DNA of 64,000 nucleotides from positions 53,692,001-53,756,000 of the forward strand of contig OX597820.1 in assembly GCA_951406725.2 (NCBI GenBank), given 5' to 3'. The notes under the pieces are model-generated. The model made no database searches and had not been told where the DNA came from. It worked only from the letters and a program-made list of their open reading frames with translations. This document shows positions 56,916 to 64,000 of the stretch, piece after piece (positions within the stretch are counted from its first letter, which is position 1; every line of letters starts with the position of its first letter). This DNA is from Octopus vulgaris (Eukaryota). A program made the position numbers and the translations under genes.

Positions 56916-57279
56916 GTAAGAATCAAAACTGGAGATTTGGCCTTAATGTTTAGAACAGAGTGAATGCCACGAAAGATGCGGAAGGAGCAAGTTAAACCAC
57001 ACAATGAGATAACCCCAATATCCTGACGTGCTTCTAGACATTTCCCGTTAACCAAGTTGCTGACTTTATGGGAATAATTCACAAAAAAAACAAAAGACGA
57101 AGACACGTGGTGTAGACAACAAACAGATGTATTAGTATAACGCTCGTTATGCTCTAGCCGCCCCGCGGCTATATTTAAAAGACACTTTCCCAGACTGCTA
57201 TCTGGTCAAATAAAACCTGAAGCCATATAGTTGCGAAGCGATCTTCTTAACTACACAACCATATCTGTGACGTTACTAA

Positions 57280-57865
57280 GGCGGCGAGCTGGCAGAAACG
57301 TTAGCACGCCGGGCGAAATGCTTAGCAGTATTTCGTCTGCCGCTACGTTCTGAGTTCAAATTCCGCCGTGGTCGACTTTCATCCTTTCGGGGTCGATTAA
57401 ATAAGTACCAGTTGCGCACTGGGGTCGATATTATCGACTAAATCCGTTTGTCTGTCCTTGTTTGTCCTCTCTGTATTTAGCCCCTTGTGGGTAGTAAAGA
57501 AATAGGTATTTCGACTGCCGCTACGTTCTGAGTTCAAATTCCACCGAGGTCGACTTTGCCTTTCATCCTTCTTTCGGGGTCGATTAAATAAGTACCAGTT
57601 ACGCACTGGGGTCGATATAATCGACTTCATCTGTTTGTCTGTCCATGTTTGTCCTCTCTGTGTTTAGCCCCTTGTGGGTTTTAAAGAAATAGAAATAGGT
57701 ATTTCATCGTCTTCACGTCCTGAGTTCAAATTCCGCCGAGGTCGACTTTGCCATACATCCTTTCGGGGTCGATTGAATAAGTACCAGTGACGAAACATGG
57801 GTCGATGTAATCGACTTAATCCCTTACCCCAAATTTGAGGCCTAGTGCTTCTAGCAGAAAGGATA
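57280..57865 (+). mobile_element. family A SINE trimer (one headed unit plus two headless units)
   Basis: Units joined at GAAATA|GGTATTTC near 57505 and 57697. Confidence 0.88.
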
Positions 57866-58254
57866 TCTGTGACATTACTGAAGTAAATCTTTGTATAGAG
57901 CAATTTGCCGTCGCAGTCGATGACGTGAATTGAATGTGAGTTGGTGAAAAGGGCAACAACATGAAATTACAGAAAAACGGTAACATCAAGCATATTGGTT
58001 TGTTTTGACAACGGTGATAGGACCTAAACTTTTAGAAGAGGAAACAAACAGCATGCTGCGGCTTCCATAACATTCCCAAGAGAATTCGTCTCACACCAGA
58101 AATACATTTGCTTCAAGTGAAATTCGAAATCGTGTCGTGTAGTTAATTCTGTGAAACCTTACCTTATGTTTCAGCAATTCCAAAATTATCGGTGGCATCA
58201 AAATCAACGACCTTGTGATGACAGTATCAAGACAACGGCTTTGATTACAACAAA

Positions 58255-58299
<45 letters not shown>

Positions 58300-58320
58300 A
58301 CTACTACTACCCCTACTACT

Positions 58321-58368
<48 letters not shown>

Positions 58369-58417
58369 GCTACTACTGCTGCTGCTACTACTGCTACTAC
58401 TGCTGCTGCTACTACTG

Positions 58418-58450
<33 letters not shown>
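58255..58450. repeat. (CTA)n/(CTG)n microsatellite
   Basis: Visible. Confidence 0.95.
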
Positions 58451-58771
58451 ATATTACGACAATAACGACAGCAACCGCAATCCCGATGGTGATTGCGAGG
58501 GCGATGTCGACGGCAACAAAAACAGTAATTTCTACATGAATTAAGAACCAACAACAACAACAACAACAACAGCAACAATATTAATCATAAAGTAGCATCC
58601 AAGGTCTACAATGACAAGATTCAACCATAAAAAATTATAACAATAAATAGAACTGTAACAATTACAATAACATCAACTCTATAGAAGCCAGCATGATCGG
58701 GAACAACAAGAAAAAAAGAAAGACAAAAACGTAAGAAAAATAACAAGTGTATAAAAAACAACAACAACAAC

Positions 58772-58833
<62 letters not shown>

Positions 58834-58984
58834 GAGTAACAACATAAACAACAGCTGTTTAAGAGTCCCTGCTTAGAGGAGCGTTGGCAGGGAGTAGAAT
58901 ACTGACATAGCTTTAGTGAATATAGAAGGAGTTTCTCTCCACTGGAGACATCCGGCAAAAGAAGACAAGATTTCAGGCAAAATT

Positions 58985-59033
<49 letters not shown>

Positions 59034-59252
59034 CGGGGGCGGCGATTGTGAAGTCGGTGGTGATTGGTGGTGACGGCGGCGGTGGTGGTGGCTGTGGTGA
59101 ATGGGGGTTTCGGGTGGGAGTAGTGGTGGTGGTACTTTGAATTCTCTTTTTTTTCCTTTTCGTTTTTGAATACCTAAATTTTTGATTCAGTGCATACATA
59201 CGTACACGCCTATATATATATACATATATATATATATACGTACATAAAACCT

Positions 59253-59299
<47 letters not shown>

Positions 59300-59593
59300 G
59301 CACATACACACACCTATATGTGTGTACGTAAGTAGATTGTTGTAAACATATGTGTCTATGAATGCAAACACTTATAGAATACCTTATCCATATATGCATA
59401 CTTGTATACAATAGCATACATAGGCAGCCCATTAATAAATGCATGCATTTGTTTCTGTACTTTCTGCGCGCAAAGGTGTGGGAATCTGTGTCTTAAGTCT
59501 TCACGAGAAAATTAGCGGCAATTTAGTATGCATTTCCAGTGGTTGCTCCTGTGACTGTACCTATATATGGTGAGATTATTTATACCAGATTAC

Positions 59594-59672
<79 letters not shown>

Positions 59673-59696
59673 GCTCGGTGAGTTCAACGCTTACAA

Positions 59697-59741
<45 letters not shown>

Positions 59742-60017
59742 TTCGAAACGTAGAGTAGATGAAACCTTAGCGACTGAAGAAGGTTTTTTTTCTTTGTGTT
59801 AATTGTCCTGTACTCCATTTTTTGTTGTTTTTAAAAAAAATGTCCAGTTCCTTTGGTTTGTGTCTATGTTTTCGTTTCTCTTTGTGTTCGACGTCCCTTT
59901 GGTGTCATGTACTCATATATGCGTGTATATGTACATGTAGAGGTAGGTACGTACATATATGTTTATATATATGCATATGTTTTATTTCATTTATTAATAT
60001 ATATATATATATATATA

Positions 60018-60178
60018 TGAGTGGCTGTGTGGTAAGAAGCTTGCTTCCCAACCACATGGCTCCGATTCAATCCCGCTGCGTGGCACCTTGGGCAAATAAC
60101 TTCTACTACAGCCTCGGGCCAATCAAGGCCTTGTGAGTGGATTTGGTAGGCGGAAACTGAAAAGAGCTCGTCGTATTT
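60018..60178 (+). mobile_element. family B SINE 5' part
   Basis: GAGTGGCTGTGTGGTAAG...GGCACCTTGGGCAAAT. Confidence 0.8.
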
Positions 60179-60187
60179 ATATATTTA

Positions 60188-60455
60188 CAGGGTGCCTAAG
60201 GTAGATGAGGACATACATTTTTGGGGTCATTGCTGCATTTTTGCTAATTCTGTATAATCATTGTTTCAGAAAATAATAATGGCAGACCCTCAGCTTACTT
60301 AAGAAATGAAGAGGCATGCTGTTATTGTAGTTATAAAAGCTGAGTATAGCGATTTAGAAATATCTCGATTTTTAAAAGTTGCCAGATCTTTCGTCTACAA
60401 AGTTTGTAAGGAGCTAGAGACTGAAGATGGAAATGCATCACCAGTTTCAAAGCAA
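60188..60455 (+). mobile_element. Tc1/mariner-superfamily transposon 5' end (TIR plus N-terminal HTH fragment)
   Basis: TA|CAGGGTG terminus; ORF KRHAVIVVIKAEYSDLEISRFLKVARSFVYKV is HTH-like; truncated. Confidence 0.7.
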
Positions 60456-61048
60456 GACATGAGAGATAGATGGAACTCACTCGAAACCAATTTTGCTAGT
60501 ATCAGATCCAAAGGTGGCGACTTAATTTTATAACACTCTTTTTCATCAAATTTCTGCAGGTAAGAATTTGTCCAGTTTATAGGAACTGGTGATTACCTCT
60601 GCGAGTTCTTGACCATATTCTTTAATTAAAACTGCTGCAAGTCATAAGTAAGAGAACTATTTGGGAAACATGGCGTAGAGGGAGTTTAAGGAGATGTCTC
60701 AGTTCTACACCAAGCTATTCTGATGCTTCGAGGTGAACCAACTGTGCTGCCAGGGAGGGACAATATAGAAATGACGAAAATCAACCGGTATCATAGGTTC
60801 CAAGTGATGTATACTGCATTGTGTGTGGATGCGTAGAAGACAGTTGTGCTAAAGCAGATTGGAAGTCCGATAGACGCAGAGATGATGATGTTCTGATGCA
60901 GGTTGAGTCTTCAGGTGAGAAAGAAATCACGGGTGTTTGGATTGTATCTGTTTTCGGTCAGAGATACTCATCTACGTGGTGAATATTTGATGTAGAATAT
61001 TGAAGACTACAGAAGATTGTTTTCTCTTCCGCTCCTCAGGTATATCTG

Positions 61049-61120
61049 ATCGCCCTTCTAAATCCTTTATCCCACTTCTAAATACTTTATCGCCCTTCTA
61101 AATCCTTTAGCTACTTCCAA
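61049..61120. repeat. 20-bp minisatellite, about 3.5 copies
   Basis: ATCGCCCTTCTAAATCCTTT repeated. Confidence 0.8.
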
Positions 61121-61554
61121 TTCTTCGCTCCTATCTCCTTTTGCATCCAAGATTTCCTTTCATTTCATTTCTCTTTCAAACACCATGCTCGGTGAGTTCA
61201 ACGCTAACAAATCATCTAAGCTCATACACTGAGTTTCGTTGTCACCTCTCTCTCATCCTATTGCTCTTTCTCTCTCTCTTTCTCTCTCTTTCCTTCGCTT
61301 ACTCTTTCCCCTTCTTAAATACAGTTTCGCACGTACATCTACACACACAGAGAATAATATATAGACACATACATGTGTGAGTTCTGCATAGGTTCATGCA
61401 AATCATTTTCTATCTCACAAACCTGCATTTATACATGCACATATATACATAATATACACTTGCAATATATATATATGCAAATGTGTCTGCATTCACGTAT
61501 GTATATGTGTGTGCGCGTGTACTATATATATATGCATGTTTCCGTTGCTGTTGA

Positions 61555-61585
<31 letters not shown>

Positions 61586-62168
61586 ATTGCTACGGCTGTT
61601 ACTGTTGTGTTTCTGGCTGTTATTTGAAAATGGCAGTAGTAAATGTCACAGCAAAAGATGCACGACACAGAGCCTGGGCATCTGGGTACTTCAGAGCTGA
61701 AATGACGTTCGTGCTGTTTACTGTCTCCATGGGGACCATGTAATCGCATCAGATAAGAAATACTGGGTGGTGTTGTAGATGATGATGATGATGATGATGA
61801 TTATGATGATGGTGGTGGTGGTAGTGGTGGTGCTGGTGCTGGTGCTGGTGCTGGTGCTGGTGCTGGTAGTGATGGTGGTAGCAGTGGTGCTGGTGGTGGT
61901 GGTGGTGCTGCTGCTGCTGCAATGATGCTACTTGTAAAGGTGACTATGGTGTGATGGGGGTGTGTGATATTTATATGTGAAATAGTTTCTTCATGGATGA
62001 CAGACCTGAGAAACAAGATACTTAAGAACGCGTCAGTTTCGACTTTGGTAAGACAATGAAAACAATCTAGATCTAACAGTATTTATTGTTTTTGATTCCA
62101 TATCAAGATAACAGTGAACCATTCTGACCACCCCCCGGTGGTTGAAACTAGTCGAAGAGTATCAATTG

Positions 62169-62204
<36 letters not shown>

Positions 62205-62375
62205 AGCTACCGATAGAGATGGGGAGAGAGAAATAAAATGAATCACTTCCCAGGATAGTGCAACTGTCGTTTAGTTTTTGCCGTTTCGGATCTCGTTGTC
62301 GTCGTCATTGTTTTTGTTACTCTTGTTGCTTCCCTCTAGGTCAGCCCTGCTCGAGTCGAGTAAGTTGTTATACTA

Positions 62376-62670
62376 TTGATTGATTCTAGTTTCAGCTCAC
62401 GAGCTGTGGCCATGCTGGGGCACCGCCATTTGGTGTTGCTACATGGTTTTACTTCACGAATGCTTTTTAGCAACTGCCATTTGGTGCATGAGAGAGTTCG
62501 ATGCAGCTGCCCTCATCTGCACCTCCTGTCGTGAAGTTGGTTCATCTGGGATACCTGACAAGAAGAGATCCAGTTTCATTTTAAAGACATCTGCATCTAC
62601 CCCATGCAGGTCTCTTAGGTTCTTCGGGAGGATATTGAGGAGCTGTGGGCCTCGGAAGCCCAGGCTATCT
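62376..62670 (-). mobile_element. 3' end of a CR1/L2-group LINE (ORF2 C-terminus plus 3' UTR)
   Basis: Minus strand SLGFRGPQLLNILPKNLRDLHGVDADVFKMKLDLFLSGIPDEP...AASNSL; 3' UTR GGCGGTGCCCCAGCATGGCCACAGCTCGTGAGCTGAAACTAG then (AATC)n. Confidence 0.8.
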
Positions 62671-62850
62671 ATCTGTCAGATAGGGCGTAACTACTCCTTT
62701 TATCTGTTCTCTTCCTTCCATTTGTAAATTCGTTGTGCTGCTAGCAACCACAGCAGGACCCTGACAGAGAACTGTCGTGTCCTCACGACACCTATACATC
62801 CTTTACACAGTATAAGATGCCAAAAATTTGCATTCAAATCGTGATCAACT

Positions 62851-63360
<510 letters not shown>

Positions 63361-64000
63361 TAACTCGCCCTTTTTACTCAGACACGGCCTACCCAGGTCC
63401 ACATTAACCGCTGTTCGCGCGCGAATGAGTGCGTGTTTTATAGAGCCGTCAAGGTGTGTTTTGAAAGCTTATTAGCTACACAGTTGCGCGAAAGTATAGG
63501 CGCCTTCCCTTTAAACATTTTAAACATTTTACTTGTGCCTTATTTTGGATGCGACCACGCTGGGGCACTATCGACAAAATGTTTGTGGACGTATCTTCTC
63601 AAGAGTATTTGTGAATATATCAACCAAGAAATTGTTTGGCCAGTTCTCATTCATCTTCGGTTTGGTTAAACAAGGATTATTCTGAACAGAAGTCTATTAA
63701 CGTCTAAATAAGGAACAAAAGCAGGATTTGATAGGATCAGGAAAATTCTTCCTCACTAGACATATTCAATCTATTGATTTCTATGTAACACAAAAGATTC
63801 CTATAAAATCAAGAATATTTATATAAACTATTACAATTAAGCACTATTCAACTTTCTTTTACTTTGTCAATAATTTCCCAGTTTGGTTAATTCTTTAGCA
63901 AATATCAAACTTAAACGGCACGGAATTAGATCTAGTGATGTTCTTTCTTGATTATTCTTTCAGAGTTTGATTAAGGGATAGGTATAGAATGTGAAGTTCG

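Noticed and set aside
60456-61040. Possible decayed LINE endonuclease on the minus strand (HHHLCVY..., FLYCPS)
   Set aside because: Only faint motif resemblance across several frames.

Overview
AT-rich, microsatellite-saturated animal genomic DNA, almost certainly intronic/intergenic. The (TA)n/(AAT)n/(ATAG)n density and the SINE types suggest a coleoid cephalopod such as Octopus; this is inference. There is no complete host gene, only one good 57-nt exon candidate at 56859-56915. Most ORFs in the track are microsatellite artefacts. The main structure is a young Penelope-like retroelement (PLE) of Hydra-clade type at 44923-50937 on the minus strand. It has RT plus a C-terminal GIY-YIG endonuclease, two long Asn-rich linkers, one +1 frame break at CCC-TAA, a near-perfect 1.17-kb inverted terminal duplication and an expanded-stem-II hammerhead ribozyme, all inserted in (TA)n. 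Elsewhere there are more than ten short hammerhead-ribozyme (HHR) motifs of several sequence families, mostly next to (TA)n. These include a two-ribozyme palindrome (33830-34062) and a tRNA-headed, HHR-containing element with PLE-style inverted end and a 13-bp TSD (55561-55921), which looks like a SINE mobilised by a Penelope-like RT. Also present are three tRNA-derived SINE families, one sharing a covarying 3' stem-loop with a CR1/L2-like LINE end in the same window. There are also decayed RTE LINEs, hAT and Tc1/mariner remnants, and hAT-type MITEs. All calls are by eye; no database search or folding program was run.
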